A stretch of DNA of 64,000 nt from an uncultured archaeon (GTDB taxonomy: Archaea > Thermoproteota > Nitrososphaeria > Nitrososphaerales > Gagatemarchaeaceae), in NCBI GenBank assembly GCA_963817525.1, contig CAWFOU010000001.1, forward strand, positions 1,101,902 to 1,165,901, given 5' to 3'. Positions 39,502 through 49,774 of this stretch are shown here, one piece after another. The position numbers and the translations under genes are program-made. Numbering within the stretch: position 1 is the first letter of the stretch; every line of letters starts with the position of its first letter. The notes below the pieces were generated by a model, which worked only from the letters and a program-made list of their open reading frames with translations, did not search any database and was not told the DNA's origin.

Positions 39502-40662
39502 TCAGAACTTGGTCCCGCAGTTGGGGCAGAACTTGGGCGACCCTGTTATCGCCGTCCCGCAGTTGGGGCAGAACTTCGGGGTCGTCCCCGTCGCGCCCTG
39601 CTGCTGGGGCTGCTGAGGCGATTGCTGCTGGGCCTGCATCGGGGAGCTGGGCTGAACCGCTCCGCAGTTGGGGCAGACCGCGCTGTTGATCGGGATGATA
39701 GAGCCGCAGTTTGAGCACGACCTCGTGGCGCCCTGTCCCATTCCCATGCCTCCCATCCCGCCCATCATGGCCTGGCCGAACATCCCGCCGACCCCGACAC
39801 CCGCGCCCAGGCCGACGCCGAGCCCTGCGCCGACGCCAGCGACCCCCGAGGAGTTCTTGGCAGCGTCGGTCATCGCCTGGCCGGCCTGATACTGGAGGTA
39901 GTTGACCCCGAGCACCTGCATCTGCGACCTGGTGTCTATCGCCTTCTGGACCTCGTCTGGTAGGCTGATGGTGAGCCCGGATATCTTGTTGATCTCGATG
40001 CCGTACTGCCCGACGTTGTCGGAAGAGGTGGCGAGCACCATCTGCTCGACGTTGGTGAGGTTCCCCGCAAGGTCGGTGACCTTGAGGCCCTGGGCCTTCA
40101 TCTTCCCGAGGGCGTTGTAGACGAGGATGACCATCTGCTCCTTGATTCTGTCCTCGACGTCGGACGAGGTCTCGGCGCTGAAGGTGCCCACGAACTGGTT
40201 GATGAAATTCTCAGGCGAGGAGACCCTCCACCTGTACTCCCCGAAGACCCTCAGGCTCACAATCCCGAAGGTCGGGTCGGTGAACTGGTAGGGCTGGGTG
40301 CTCCCGAACTTGCCGTCCATGAACCTCTTCTGTAGGTAGTAGACCTCGGCCTCCTGCACGACCCCCGTGAAGTACTTCAGGAGGTTCCCGACGATGGGAG
40401 CGTTGAAGTCGGTCAGCGCGTACCTATTGGGCTGGTCGAAATAGGTGAGGACCTTTCCGTCCCTGTAGAAGACTGCTATCTCGTCCTCCCTCACGACGAT
40501 GTTGTCGTTCAGCCTGATGTTGCGCGGGACCTTCCACATCACGTTGTTCTGCTTATCCGCGTCGTCCCACGCTATCGTCGTCGAGCCGAGGACGCTCCCG
40601 CCCGTGGCTGGGACAGAGCCGTTGCCGCTCGCCGCGGGCTTCTTCCCGAATAGGCTAACCAT
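39502..40662 (-). CDS. SPFH/band-7-like domain protein with C-terminal double zinc ribbons
   Basis: IVVREDEIAVFYRDG, FTDPTFGIVSLRVFGEY, ISLPDEVQKAID, Gly-rich linker and CPNCG repeats. Confidence 0.85.
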   Translation of the reverse strand: MVSLFGKKPAASGNGSVPATGGSVLGSTTIAWDDADKQNNVMWKVPRNIRLNDNIVVREDEIAVFYRDGKVLTYFDQPNRYALTDFNAPIVGNLLKYFTGVVQEAEVYYLQKRFMDGKFGSTQPYQFTDPTFGIVSLRVFGEYRWRVSSPENFINQFVGTFSAETSSDVEDRIKEQMVILVYNALGKMKAQGLKVTDLAGNLTNVEQMVLATSSDNVGQYGIEINKISGLTISLPDEVQKAIDTRSQMQVLGVNYLQYQAGQAMTDAAKNSSGVAGVGAGLGVGLGAGVGVGGMFGQAMMGGMGGMGMGQGATRSCSNCGSIIPINSAVCPNCGAVQPSSPMQAQQQSPQQPQQQGATGTTPKFCPNCGTAITGSPKFCPNCGTKF

Positions 40663-40683
40663 GATGCGATCTCTCCTGAAGGC

Positions 40684-41232
40684 TCACTGCTTCACCAATA
40701 TACCCTTTACCGCTTCCATCCTCACGCCCCACTTTTGTTTGAAGTCCGTCATGGCCGCGCCCACGCGCGCGAGAGGCGCCATGACGGAGGCTGGGCTGGC
40801 GGGGTCGTACGAAAGGTTGGGGGGAGAGGTCGCCGTGACCAGGTCGAACGCGGCAGCGACAAAGTCATAGTCGTAGTCGTACAGCTGGTTGAGCCTGGTC
40901 TGGTCGATCGTCACGCTGGCGACCCAGCCCGAGTAGCCCTGCTCGGCGTGCCTCACCTCGCCCGCAATCTGCTGCAGCTGGGAGATGAGCGACCCGACGT
41001 TGGTCAGGTTGGAGTAGTCTCCGGCGGTGGCCATCGCCTTCCTTGTCGCCTCGAGGTTCGCCTTGGCCGCGAGGAGCTTGTCCGCGACCTGGTTGCGGAG
41101 CATCGCGTCCGCGACCCTGAGGTCGTCGAGCTTCCTGTAGTTCCTGAGGCCCGGGATGAGAAGCTCGAGGTCCTTCTGGGGACCCCTGCTCGCGTCAACC
41201 TGGCTCCTGATGTCTGGATTATCCTGCGACAA
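40684..41232 (-). CDS. Conserved helical hypothetical protein
   Basis: LELLIPGLRNY...R.AD..LR and LYDYD; first gene of the SPFH operon. Confidence 0.7.
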   Translation of the reverse strand: MSQDNPDIRSQVDASRGPQKDLELLIPGLRNYRKLDDLRVADAMLRNQVADKLLAAKANLEATRKAMATAGDYSNLTNVGSLISQLQQIAGEVRHAEQGYSGWVASVTIDQTRLNQLYDYDYDFVAAAFDLVTATSPPNLSYDPASPASVMAPLARVGAAMTDFKQKWGVRMEAVKGILVKQ

Positions 41233-41297
41233 GAACGTTCGACCTTGATGCTTCGCGACTTCGGCTCAGTTATAAAGCCTGTTAGGGGTTCGGGGCT

Positions 41298-42239
41298 CTA
41301 TCGGGCGACCTGTCTCGGGTGCTCGCGCAGGAAGCGGTCCGCGTCGAGGACCGCCTTGCACCCGTCGGCCGCCGCCGTGACCGCCTGCCTGTACTTGTAG
41401 TCCACGACGTCGCCGGCCGCAAAGACGCCCGGGATGCTTGTCTCAGTCCCGTTCTTCGCCTTGATGTACCCGTTGGGCTCCAGCTCGAGCTTCCCCTCGA
41501 AGAGCTTGGTGTTGGGCTCGTACCCGATCGCTACGAAGACGCCGTCGACATCCATCTTGGTCTCCTTGCCCGTCTTGAGGTCCTTGACCTCGAGCCCCTG
41601 GACCTTGCCGTCGCCGATTATCTCCGTGACGACGGAGTTCCAGTTGAATTTTATCTTCGGGTTCGACATCGCCTCGTCGCGCAGGACTGCGCTCGCCCTG
41701 AGCTCGTCCTTCCTGTGTATCACCTGGATGGAGGAGGCGAGGTTGGTGAGGAAGGTGGCCTCCTCCATGGCGGTGTCCCCTCCGCCGACTACGGCCACCT
41801 TCTTCCCCTTGAAGAAGAAGCCGTCGCAGACCGCGCAGTTGGACACGCCCTTCCCCTGTAGCCTGGCCTCAGAGGGGATGTTGAGGCGCCTCGGGGTGGC
41901 CCCGGTCGCGACTATCACCGAGAGGGCGATGACTTTCTCCCCTCCCGAGGTGTCTATCTCGAAGGGGTACCTGTCGAACCTCACTCCGATGACGTCCTCC
42001 TGGATCATCCTGGTGCCTAGGCGCTGGGCCTGCTCCTTCATCTTGTCCATGAGCTCCGGACCGAGGACTGGGTCGGGGAAACCCGGGTAGTTCTCTACCT
42101 CGCTGGTGAGCATCAGCTGTCCGAGGGGGACGCTCCCCATGTACATGACAGGGTGGAGGTTGGCCCTGGATGCGTAGATTGCCGCGGTCAGCCCGGCGGG
42201 TCCCGAGCCTATGATGACCAGCTTCTCCAGCGACTCCAT
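41298..42239 (-). CDS. trxB: Thioredoxin reductase
   Basis: IIGSGPAGLTAAIY, CAVCDG, GGGDTAMEEA and FAAGDV motifs. Confidence 0.96.
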   Translation of the reverse strand: MESLEKLVIIGSGPAGLTAAIYASRANLHPVMYMGSVPLGQLMLTSEVENYPGFPDPVLGPELMDKMKEQAQRLGTRMIQEDVIGVRFDRYPFEIDTSGGEKVIALSVIVATGATPRRLNIPSEARLQGKGVSNCAVCDGFFFKGKKVAVVGGGDTAMEEATFLTNLASSIQVIHRKDELRASAVLRDEAMSNPKIKFNWNSVVTEIIGDGKVQGLEVKDLKTGKETKMDVDGVFVAIGYEPNTKLFEGKLELEPNGYIKAKNGTETSIPGVFAAGDVVDYKYRQAVTAAADGCKAVLDADRFLREHPRQVAR

Positions 42240-42311
42240 GCCCTAAAATTCCCGAGAGGGGCTCATAAAGATATGCGCCAGGACGGGTGACTAGGTATCG
42301 GCTAAGCTACC

Positions 42312-43415
42312 TCAAATCGGCTCGAAGGCGCGGGGCTGCTGCGTAAAGTCGAAGGCCTCCGCCAGGTTGTTGGCCGCGGCGTCCCTGGTGCTCAGGGGCG
42401 AGAGGCCGAAGCGGTCCTCCACGAACTTCAGTATGGAGGTGTGGTCGTTGGTGGCCTCGTCCAGGAAGCCTTGCTTTGCGAATGGCGAGATGACTAGGCA
42501 CGGGACGCGGAACCCGTAGCCGTACTGGTCGACTTGCGGCGGGGCCACGTGGTCGTAGAAGCCCCCGAAGCAATCCCACGTCACGAAGATTGCAGCCGAG
42601 TCCCAGTGGGCGCTCCCACCGACGTTGTTCACGACGTCGTCCACCACCGAGTTCTGCCCGGCCTGGACGCTGCCCGAGGGGTGCTCGTTTCCCCCGGGCG
42701 CTCCGATTATCCAGGAGACCTGGCTCAGGGCATCGTCCTCGACATCGGTCGCGAACTGGCTCGCGGGGAGGAAGTTCTTCTTCGCGGTGGGCGAGTTCTG
42801 CACGTACCCGAAGTTCTGGAGCCACGTGGACGTGGAGCTGTACACCTTCCATGAGACGCGCTTCTGGTCGAGCTGCTCGAATATCGGGGGGAAGCTGATC
42901 GTCTTGGGGACCGTGTCGTCGATGATCCCCCCGCACGTCCCGGCGACCAGGGACAGGTGGTTCGGGAGGCTCTCGCTCATGACCGACGAGAAGTAGCCCT
43001 CGCAAAGGACGTACTGCTGGGCCGCGTTCCAGTATCGCGGGATGTCGCTCTGGTCGAAGTAGCCCATGGTGGCCTGGTTCCCCTCCGAATACACAAAGCC
43101 GTCCATCTTCCCGCCGTCGTAGTCCTGGTGGGCTGAGGCCCAGGTGTGGTTCATGTCGACTGGCGTCAGCGTGGGGGAGTGGAACGGGGAGACGCAGGGG
43201 GTCGGAGAGCTTTGCTTCTGGGGCAGGCAGATGCCGCCTGCTAGTCCGTCGGCGCCTGGATACGTGCCGAAGTAGTTGTCGAAGGTGTGGTTCTCCTGGA
43301 AGGCCACCACGATGTTGCCTATCGGGGAGAAGTCAGACGGAGGAGGCGCCCTCGCAGAGGTCCTGCCGGTTGGGCCCGCCTTTCCGCCCTTCCGGCGCTT
43401 CGACCTGGGTGCCAT
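42312..43415 (-). CDS. Phosphoesterase family protein (phospholipase C / acid phosphatase)
   Basis: [33 protein letters not shown] and DHTSILKF motifs. Confidence 0.9.
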   Translation of the reverse strand: MAPRSKRRKGGKAGPTGRTSARAPPPSDFSPIGNIVVAFQENHTFDNYFGTYPGADGLAGGICLPQKQSSPTPCVSPFHSPTLTPVDMNHTWASAHQDYDGGKMDGFVYSEGNQATMGYFDQSDIPRYWNAAQQYVLCEGYFSSVMSESLPNHLSLVAGTCGGIIDDTVPKTISFPPIFEQLDQKRVSWKVYSSTSTWLQNFGYVQNSPTAKKNFLPASQFATDVEDDALSQVSWIIGAPGGNEHPSGSVQAGQNSVVDDVVNNVGGSAHWDSAAIFVTWDCFGGFYDHVAPPQVDQYGYGFRVPCLVISPFAKQGFLDEATNDHTSILKFVEDRFGLSPLSTRDAAANNLAEAFDFTQQPRAFEPI

Positions 43416-43484
43416 GGAGGTTCTGAGCCTGACTTTGCCTAAAAGGATGACCGAGGAATCCTCTTGGCGAGAGCAAGGCCGGAC

Positions 43485-43916
43485 CTAGCTGGCTATGATG
43501 TAGCCCGTTATCGCAGGGCTCGCCCTGGGGCCGTTGATCACGCTGGGAGGCGTCGAAGGGACGAACATCTTGTAGACTCCGGTTTGAGGGACGGTCAGGG
43601 ATATCCGGATCGTGTCGTCCGAGCCTATCGTCTGGTTGATGTTCAGCGCGCTGATCTCGAAGGTGCGCGGCTCGTCGTCGTTGTTGAGGACCGCGAGGGT
43701 GTAGGCCGTGCCGTGGGTCACGGTGATGTTCACAGGGTCGAAGCTGTCCGCCTGGGTGACGGGGTTGCTCTCAACTATGGTGATGTCGATGATGCTAGGG
43801 CCGCTTCCTGGCTTGCCGGAGGTGACGAAGTAGGCGCCCGCCCCGGCCACCACAAGGACGACCAAGACGACGACTATCCAGACAGTCCGGGTGATAGCCG
43901 ATCTCTCCGCGAACAA
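43485..43916 (-). CDS. Membrane-anchored cupredoxin-fold-like protein
   Basis: N-terminal TM; FDPVNITVTHG...N.D...F...GVY pattern. Confidence 0.6.
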   Translation of the reverse strand: MFAERSAITRTVWIVVVLVVLVVAGAGAYFVTSGKPGSGPSIIDITIVESNPVTQADSFDPVNITVTHGTAYTLAVLNNDDEPRTFEISALNINQTIGSDDTIRISLTVPQTGVYKMFVPSTPPSVINGPRASPAITGYIIAS

Positions 43917-43974
43917 CGCGCAGTGTAACCCTCCCCTGGCTGATTTTAAGGGTATGGGAACGCCGTGCGACCGG

Positions 43975-44367
43975 CTAGCCGCGCCTCTTCTTGGGAGCGG
44001 CCGCCTCGTCCAGGTAGACGGAGTCGTACTTCTCCTTCTTTGGGACGATGCAAAGGAACTCCGCGTCCTTCTTCCCGGCGTTCTTGTACCAGTGGACGGT
44101 CCCCGCGGGGATGTATAGCGAGTCGCCCGCCTTGACCCTGTGGACTTCCTTGCCTAGGCCCACCTCGTAGTCTCCGGACAGGACGTACTGCTCGTGCTCG
44201 ATGTCCGGGTGGTAGTGCCTCGGGATGCTACCGCCCGGCCTTATCCTGAACTTCCTCAGCTCGAAGTTGGGCGCACCGTCGTGCCTGTCGATCAGCCACT
44301 CTATCTCGGTCTTCACCGCGGTCTCGACGGGCTTGGCTTCGACCTCGCCCTTAGTCTTCACGACCAT
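43975..44367 (-). CDS. Cupin domain protein
   Basis: PGGSIPRHYHPDIEHEQYVLSG and GDSLYIPAGTVHWY motifs. Confidence 0.88.
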   Translation of the reverse strand: MVVKTKGEVEAKPVETAVKTEIEWLIDRHDGAPNFELRKFRIRPGGSIPRHYHPDIEHEQYVLSGDYEVGLGKEVHRVKAGDSLYIPAGTVHWYKNAGKKDAEFLCIVPKKEKYDSVYLDEAAAPKKRRG

Positions 44368-44470
44368 GGGAGGAAGGGCCGCCCACCCGCCCATTAAACG
44401 CTTGTCCGGGGAGGTGGGGCTCCGGCGGCGTGCGCCCGCGTTAAATAATTCGGACTCGCAAGGGGCCGAG

Positions 44471-44797
44471 TTGGCAGACGAGCTTCCTCTCGGAATCAGT
44501 GTCCTCACCGGCGGGAGGACGACCATCCCGGAAGAGGTCATGGAGTTCCTGGACTTGAGATATTCACCAAAGGGGCGGCAGAAACTGCTGTGGCTGCAAG
44601 AGGGGACGGACGTCATAGTCAAGAAGGGGACCCTGCAGTCCAGCTTCAGAAAGACGATCCTGACCAGAGGCGGAAAGGCGGCCGTCCCCAAACACATCCG
44701 GGAAGCTTTGGAACTGAGCTACACCTCCGACGGTGAGGAGAGAATCCTGTGGAATCGAAGAGGTGACGACGTCGTTGTCATCAAGGAGAAGTCGTAG
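44471..44797 (+). CDS. Tandem AbrB/SpoVT-like DNA-binding protein
   Basis: Two repeats: GGRTTIPEEVMEFLDL..LLW and GGKAAVPKHIREALEL..ILW. Confidence 0.6.
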   Translation: MADELPLGISVLTGGRTTIPEEVMEFLDLRYSPKGRQKLLWLQEGTDVIVKKGTLQSSFRKTILTRGGKAAVPKHIREALELSYTSDGEERILWNRRGDDVVVIKEKS

Positions 44798-44912
44798 AGA
44801 TGCTGGGTCGTCGACGGTTTTCGAACAGTCCTCACGAGGGCCCGAAAAGTCGATGCGAACGCGGGAACGAACTCGTGAAAGGTAATTAGGCTCTCAGGAC
44901 GACTGGGATCCT

Positions 44913-45371
44913 ATGAAGCCGGCGCAGAAGGGCACTCAAGAGTCCAGCAAGAAGTCCAAGGGATTCACGGATGAGGAAAAGGCCGCGATGAGGGCGCGCG
45001 CTCGAGAGCTGAAGGAGGCAGCGGAAAAGGCGGACGGGGAAAGCGCCGCGCTCGAGGCGATCGCCGCAATGTCGGAACCGGATCGCGCCATGGGCAAGAG
45101 GCTCCACGCCATCATCAAAGCCAGCGCATCATCCCTCTCTGCGAGAACCTGGTATGGGATGCCCGCGTATGCCAAGGACGGGAACGTCGTCTGCTTTTTC
45201 AAACCAGCGGAGAAGTTCAAGACGAGGTACGCGACGTTGGGCTTCAGCGACGAGGCGAACCTCGACGACGGCCAGATGTGGCCGACCGAGTTCGCGCTGA
45301 AGGGGTTGACCGCCGCCGAAGAGGCAAGGATTGCCGCGCTCGTGAAGAAAGCGGTTTCGCTTCAAGGGTGA
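44913..45371 (+). CDS. DUF1801/YdhG-like protein
   Basis: [18 protein letters not shown] and [17 protein letters not shown]. Confidence 0.8.
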   Translation: MKPAQKGTQESSKKSKGFTDEEKAAMRARARELKEAAEKADGESAALEAIAAMSEPDRAMGKRLHAIIKASASSLSARTWYGMPAYAKDGNVVCFFKPAEKFKTRYATLGFSDEANLDDGQMWPTEFALKGLTAAEEARIAALVKKAVSLQG

Positions 45372-45649
45372 GCTCGTCGAACCTGAAGGATCGCGTCGTC
45401 GTCTTGCTGCGTCGCGACATTTCTATTTTGGCGGGTGACAAAGCTCGTGATGTTGCCGTTCTTGTCCATCTTTACCCTGTAACGTGTGATGCCCTTTGTC
45501 TGAATAGTCACGTCTACCAGTACTGAATAGCTGCCGTTGGCCAGTTTACCGAAATCGGAAACTCTCACTTTTGCATCTGATGGGAGAGCCTTTTTCTTCA
45601 CGACGTGATCTCTTGCAATCCGTCTTGCCTCGGCCGGAGCCACGGCCAT
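45362..45649 (-). CDS. Small basic hypothetical protein (PepSY-like pattern)
   Basis: PAEARRIA...YSV.V....[11 protein letters not shown]. Confidence 0.45.
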   Translation of the reverse strand: MAVAPAEARRIARDHVVKKKALPSDAKVRVSDFGKLANGSYSVLVDVTIQTKGITRYRVKMDKNGNITSFVTRQNRNVATQQDDDAILQVRRAHP

Positions 45650-45707
45650 CCTTCTCAGAACGTGAAAATCGTCTAATAATGCTTTGGCCTAGAGCCTGAG
45701 GGACCGC

Positions 45708-47117
45708 CTACGGTTCGAATCTCTCGCTGGTCCTTGCCTGAAGCATGGGAGGCCCGGCTTGGGCGGCGCCGGAGCCTGAGCTGGGACACGGCCCCGTCTG
45801 GACATAGATTGCAGTCAGCGTCGTGTTGGAGTACAAGGGGACGGACCTTGATGAGTTGGTGTCCCCGTTGTTCGCCCATGACTGGAATATGATGCACCCG
45901 TCGTAACCGTCGGTCATTGTCACGACATAGGTCTGGTCCCTAAACAGGACGAACGGGAGTATGCTCCCCCCGGTGAAGGCCCCCGTGAAGGGCGTGGTCG
46001 AGTTTGGAGGCGTGACCGTCAGCCACATGCCGGGTGTGTGCTGGATGTAGTCGGTGTTGTTGAAGGTCGTTCCGATGACGGTCCCGTTGGCAAATTGTGC
46101 TTGGACATCGAGCGCGGCTGCCTCGTCCACGGGCACGTACTGGTAGAGTCCTTCGAAGCTTGTTGTGGTCAGCCCCGTCGTGTTGAACGTGGTAAGGGCG
46201 TACCTGTTGAGATCCCCGTTGGAGAGCTCCCTCAGGTAGTAGTTACCGTACCAGTAGAAGACCACCTGGAACGGGATGCCCGGCTCCAGGTTGGTGAAGT
46301 TGACCGGGGTGTACCCGCTGGCGATGTAGTATCCGTTAACCCTCAAGTCGACGTAGAACCCGTTGACACGCGTCCCGTTGATGTCCTGGCTGGTGACCGA
46401 GATCGTGTACGGCGTCCCCACGGGAGGCGGCTGGGCGGAGGCCGCGTAGACCGCCGTGTAGGTGACGTCCTGGGCGGTTCCGATGACCGGCATCACCCGC
46501 ACCGTGAAGTTGTCGCTCCAGTGGTTGAAGTATTCTTCGCCGCCATCGGTCGCCGTGATAGTAAAGTTTAGGCCCGCGGTGACGTTGAACGTTACAGGTG
46601 TGTATCCGTCGACCAGCACCCCGTCGTTCGACTGCTCCAGGACGACGTAATGCCCTGTGAGGGGCTGCCCGGTCATGCTGACGGAGTCCACCGTGATCTG
46701 TGGAGCGAGCGCTTTGGTCGTGGTCGACGATGTTGTGGTCGTCGAGTTGGTGGTCGAGGAGATGCTCACAGTCGCGGTCGAGGTGGTGCTGCTAGTCGCG
46801 GTCGAGGTGGACGCAGAGGCCGTCGATGTCGCCGTGGTTGTGGTCTGGTTGGTGGTGCTAGTAGACGTTGACGAGGCCGTCGTCGTGGAATTGAGAGTCG
46901 TAGAGGCATCAGTGGTCGAGTTCGACCCGGAGCTCGTCGACACCGTCTCGGTCGTAAGCGGAATGACGTCGATGTTCGGGACGGTCATCTCGGCTGACGT
47001 GGACGCAGTGGATGTCGACGTGCTGGAGGACTGACTAAAACTTGCGGACTCTGAACTGTCTGATCTGGCTGACCCCATCGCCGGCAGCGCCGCTTGGAAG
47101 GCGATTAGGAAGATCAC
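45708..47117 (-). CDS. Secreted Ser/Thr-rich surface protein
   Basis: Hydrophobic N-terminus, long S/T tract, repeated GYTPV.F beta-rich domains, many NxS/T sequons; true start may lie up to 47171. Confidence 0.75.
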   Translation of the reverse strand: MIFLIAFQAALPAMGSARSDSSESASFSQSSSTSTSTASTSAEMTVPNIDVIPLTTETVSTSSGSNSTTDASTTLNSTTTASSTSTSTTNQTTTTATSTASASTSTATSSTTSTATVSISSTTNSTTTTSSTTTKALAPQITVDSVSMTGQPLTGHYVVLEQSNDGVLVDGYTPVTFNVTAGLNFTITATDGGEEYFNHWSDNFTVRVMPVIGTAQDVTYTAVYAASAQPPPVGTPYTISVTSQDINGTRVNGFYVDLRVNGYYIASGYTPVNFTNLEPGIPFQVVFYWYGNYYLRELSNGDLNRYALTTFNTTGLTTTSFEGLYQYVPVDEAAALDVQAQFANGTVIGTTFNNTDYIQHTPGMWLTVTPPNSTTPFTGAFTGGSILPFVLFRDQTYVVTMTDGYDGCIIFQSWANNGDTNSSRSVPLYSNTTLTAIYVQTGPCPSSGSGAAQAGPPMLQARTSERFEP

Positions 47118-47401
47118 GACCCCGACCCCTACACTGGCTGACGCTAAGAGCGCCTGATGTTTCTTCGTGATTCAGGTCATAATCGCGTGTCTTTATTTAT
47201 CGATATAGAAGGTTTCATCTGTCCACGAATCTAGAAGAATGTTAGCAAAGAATGTTAGCAAAGATTGGCGGCCGCACCAAAATCATTACGAGTTCTGCCA
47301 TGGAATCGGCTATCTCAAACGCCCATGGAGCTTCTTCTATTGGCTGAAGCAATTTCCAACCCTTGATGAAACGCAGATGTCGGCTCAGACTCTAGGAAAT
47401 G

Positions 47402-48445
47402 CTAGAAGCGCGAGCGCTTGTGGCCAGGGAACACGCCCTCGACTCCGGTCAAGACCACGATCACCCTGACCCTTCCGTGCATGTCCTCCTCGACCCTAGC
47501 GCCCCAGACGATCTTCACTCCTGGTCGGAGAACTTTCGTTATCTCCTCGCCCGCGGCCACGACCTCCTCAAGAGTCACGTCCCCTCCCCCCGTTACATGC
47601 ACCAGAACTCCGTACGACTTTGACGCATCGCGCAGGTCTAGGAGTCTGCTGTCTATTGCCTTCTTCGCCGCCTTCTCGATTCTTCCCTTACCAGAAGATT
47701 CGCCTACGCCTATGGCGGCCAGCCCTCTCCGCTCCATTATCGCCTTCAGGTCTGAGTAGCCGATGTTGATGAGAGATGCCGTTGTCACTGTCTCAGTGAT
47801 GCCCTTCACGAATAGGCCGACCAGTTCGCTTGCTACTCCCAGCGCCTGCTCGAGCGGTAAATCCCCTGCGACCTTGGAGAGCCTGTTATTATCGATCGCG
47901 ACCACCGTGTCGCAGTACTCCCGAAGCTCCTCGAGGCCCTTCCTGGCTTTCTTGTACCTGTATCTCTCAAAAGAGAAGGGAAGCGTGACGACGCCGATTT
48001 TTAGGATGCCTTCTCCTGGGACCGCCTTCGCGAGAACGTTTATGGCTCCAGTGCCGGTCCCTCCCCCCAAACCCGCACAAAGGAGGAGTATGCTCGAGCC
48101 AACAACCGCCTTTCTCAGCTCGTCAAGACTTTCCTGGGCTGCCTTTTCACCCACATCAGGATAGCCACCGGCACCTTGACCGTGGGTGAGCTTCTCACCG
48201 ATGAGGATCCTTCTGTCGGCTCTCGTCACACTCAAGTGGACGGCATCCGTGTTTGCGGCAATGAGCGTGCCTCCAACCACGCCCTTCTCCTTCAACCAAG
48301 AAACGATGTTGCTGCCGGCCCCGCCCAAGCCTACGATGCATACCTTGGGGCGTGCGGCGAGCATAGAGGCTACTATCTTGTCGGCATCCGACTGATCGTT
48401 GGATGCTGAGTCTCCCCCCATGGCATTCAGCTTTTCGAGTGTCAT
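47402..48445 (-). CDS. ftsZ: Cell division GTPase FtsZ
   Basis: VGLGGAGSN, ANTD, GAGG, GLGGGTGTG, TLPFSFE and DNNRL motifs. Confidence 0.93.
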   Translation of the reverse strand: MTLEKLNAMGGDSASNDQSDADKIVASMLAARPKVCIVGLGGAGSNIVSWLKEKGVVGGTLIAANTDAVHLSVTRADRRILIGEKLTHGQGAGGYPDVGEKAAQESLDELRKAVVGSSILLLCAGLGGGTGTGAINVLAKAVPGEGILKIGVVTLPFSFERYRYKKARKGLEELREYCDTVVAIDNNRLSKVAGDLPLEQALGVASELVGLFVKGITETVTTASLINIGYSDLKAIMERRGLAAIGVGESSGKGRIEKAAKKAIDSRLLDLRDASKSYGVLVHVTGGGDVTLEEVVAAGEEITKVLRPGVKIVWGARVEEDMHGRVRVIVVLTGVEGVFPGHKRSRF

Positions 48446-48591
48446 TCATAAGAATGAGCAGAGTGAACGAGGTAAACGGAGCAGAAATCCGCCCATCCAG
48501 ATTAGGTCATAGCCTGCTCCTTTTGGTCAGCTTAAGCTCCTGACCCTCCAGGGAGAGTTCGAAGAGCGACGAGGAGTTTGGACTCGAACGG

Positions 48592-48633
48592 TGACGGGCC
48601 CGGCAGGATTCGATTAAATAATTAAGCGAATCC
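48592..48633. repeat. att-like site A: tRNA 3'-end-like core plus 11-6-11 inverted repeat
   Basis: TGACGGGCCCGGCA then GGATTCGATTA-AATAAT-TAAGCGAATCC; minus strand reads TCGAATCCTGCCGGGCCCG. Confidence 0.7.
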
Positions 48634-48971
48634 GAGGCGGAGCAATTCGAGTCTCGGATCCCTGCGATCACACCTAGCTTTCTCTTTTCGGTAGGCGCGG
48701 GCGGGCTACCTTGAGAGATCGACCTTATGACCCAGGAGGCCCCTGAAAGAGGTCTAACCGCCGCAAAAAATTCTAGGGAAAATTACTGCAGTTGGATTTG
48801 GACTTCCGCTTCGCTGCCCACGGCTTAAGGCGTCCTAGTTCAGGGAAGCCGAACTGCTGAGTGCGGCAAGTGAAAGGTAGTATTTGTAGTCAATACCAAA
48901 TTCACATTCAAAGGGAAGAGAGAGCACACTTTGTATCTCTCTCTGCTCAGCATGATACTCGAGCCCTGACG

Positions 48972-49265
48972 CTAGACTCGAGGCTCGATTTCCGCTTCCT
49001 TGACGAAGCTCTGGGCCTTCAGGGTCTTCACAAGCTCCTCCGGAGTCACCTTTGCGTTGGCCATCTCCAGATAGAAGAGGTCGTACCCCGTCTTCTTGTC
49101 GTCCGAGCACTCGATTCCTCCCGCGAGAATATCGATGTTCCTCTCCCCCAATATCATGGCAATATTGGCAAGAATCGAAGGGCGAGATTCGACCGTGAGG
49201 TAGAGGTCGAAGACCTTTTCGCCGGGGGGCGATGTTACCCTCATCGACCTTAGCCGCTCGGACAT
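48972..49265 (-). CDS. Stand-alone ACT-domain protein (possibly truncated)
   Basis: VESRPSILANIAMILGERNIDIL ACT signature. Confidence 0.65.
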   Translation of the reverse strand: MSERLRSMRVTSPPGEKVFDLYLTVESRPSILANIAMILGERNIDILAGGIECSDDKKTGYDLFYLEMANAKVTPEELVKTLKAQSFVKEAEIEPRV

Positions 49266-49340
49266 AAGTCGGACTTGCCCATGGTAGGATTTAAGGGGAG
49301 CGGCTGCGAGATTGCGAACTCGGCTTTGGCAGTCTGCGCG

Positions 49341-49368
49341 TGAAAAGTTGGCGGGCCCGGCAGGGCCC
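49341..49368. repeat. att-like site B (28-bp identical to site D)
   Basis: TGAAAAGTTGGCGGGCCCGGCAGGGCCC. Confidence 0.8.
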
Positions 49369-49396
49369 GCACCTAAACGGGTTCGGAAAGTGGATT

Positions 49397-49774
49397 TCAC
49401 TTTCCAATCTCTTTCTGCAGCAGCTCGGCTTGGTGCTTGTCGAACGTTGCGAGGTCTGAGGTCAGCTCTAACGCTAGAGCGATGAATATCGCGTCGTATA
49501 TCGGGCGGTGGCTCTTGGCCGCAAGAGAGTATCCACGCTTCATCAGTTCTTCCCCTGGACGAATCACTCGAATTCTTCCCGATTCTACCAACCCATAGAG
49601 TATGGAAACATAGGGGACCCCGTCGCCCAGATCTTTTATGAGGAATTGATGCTTCCATACTGCATTGACCGCTTCATACAGGGCCAAGTCGACCGTGATT
49701 AGGATGTCCCGTTGAAGCAGTTCCTTGCGCCTGAGAAGCCCCTCAACTATGTAACTGCTGTCCGCAACCCTCAA
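49397..49774 (-). CDS. VapC PIN-domain toxin
   Basis: VADSS, LALYEAVNAVWK, IYDAIFIALA and LATFD motifs. Confidence 0.9.
   Translation of the reverse strand: MRVADSSYIVEGLLRRKELLQRDILITVDLALYEAVNAVWKHQFLIKDLGDGVPYVSILYGLVESGRIRVIRPGEELMKRGYSLAAKSHRPIYDAIFIALALELTSDLATFDKHQAELLQKEIGK

Noticed and set aside
46690-47040. Low-complexity GTC/GTG-rich tract as a DNA repeat element
   Set aside because: Explained by the Ser/Thr-rich linker of the minus-strand surface protein
48606-48633. Chromosomal dif (XerA) site
   Set aside because: The 11-6-11 geometry fits, but the arms lack the typical ATAA-N6-TTAT inner motif and the site is duplicated and fused to a tRNA-like core; kept only as att-like
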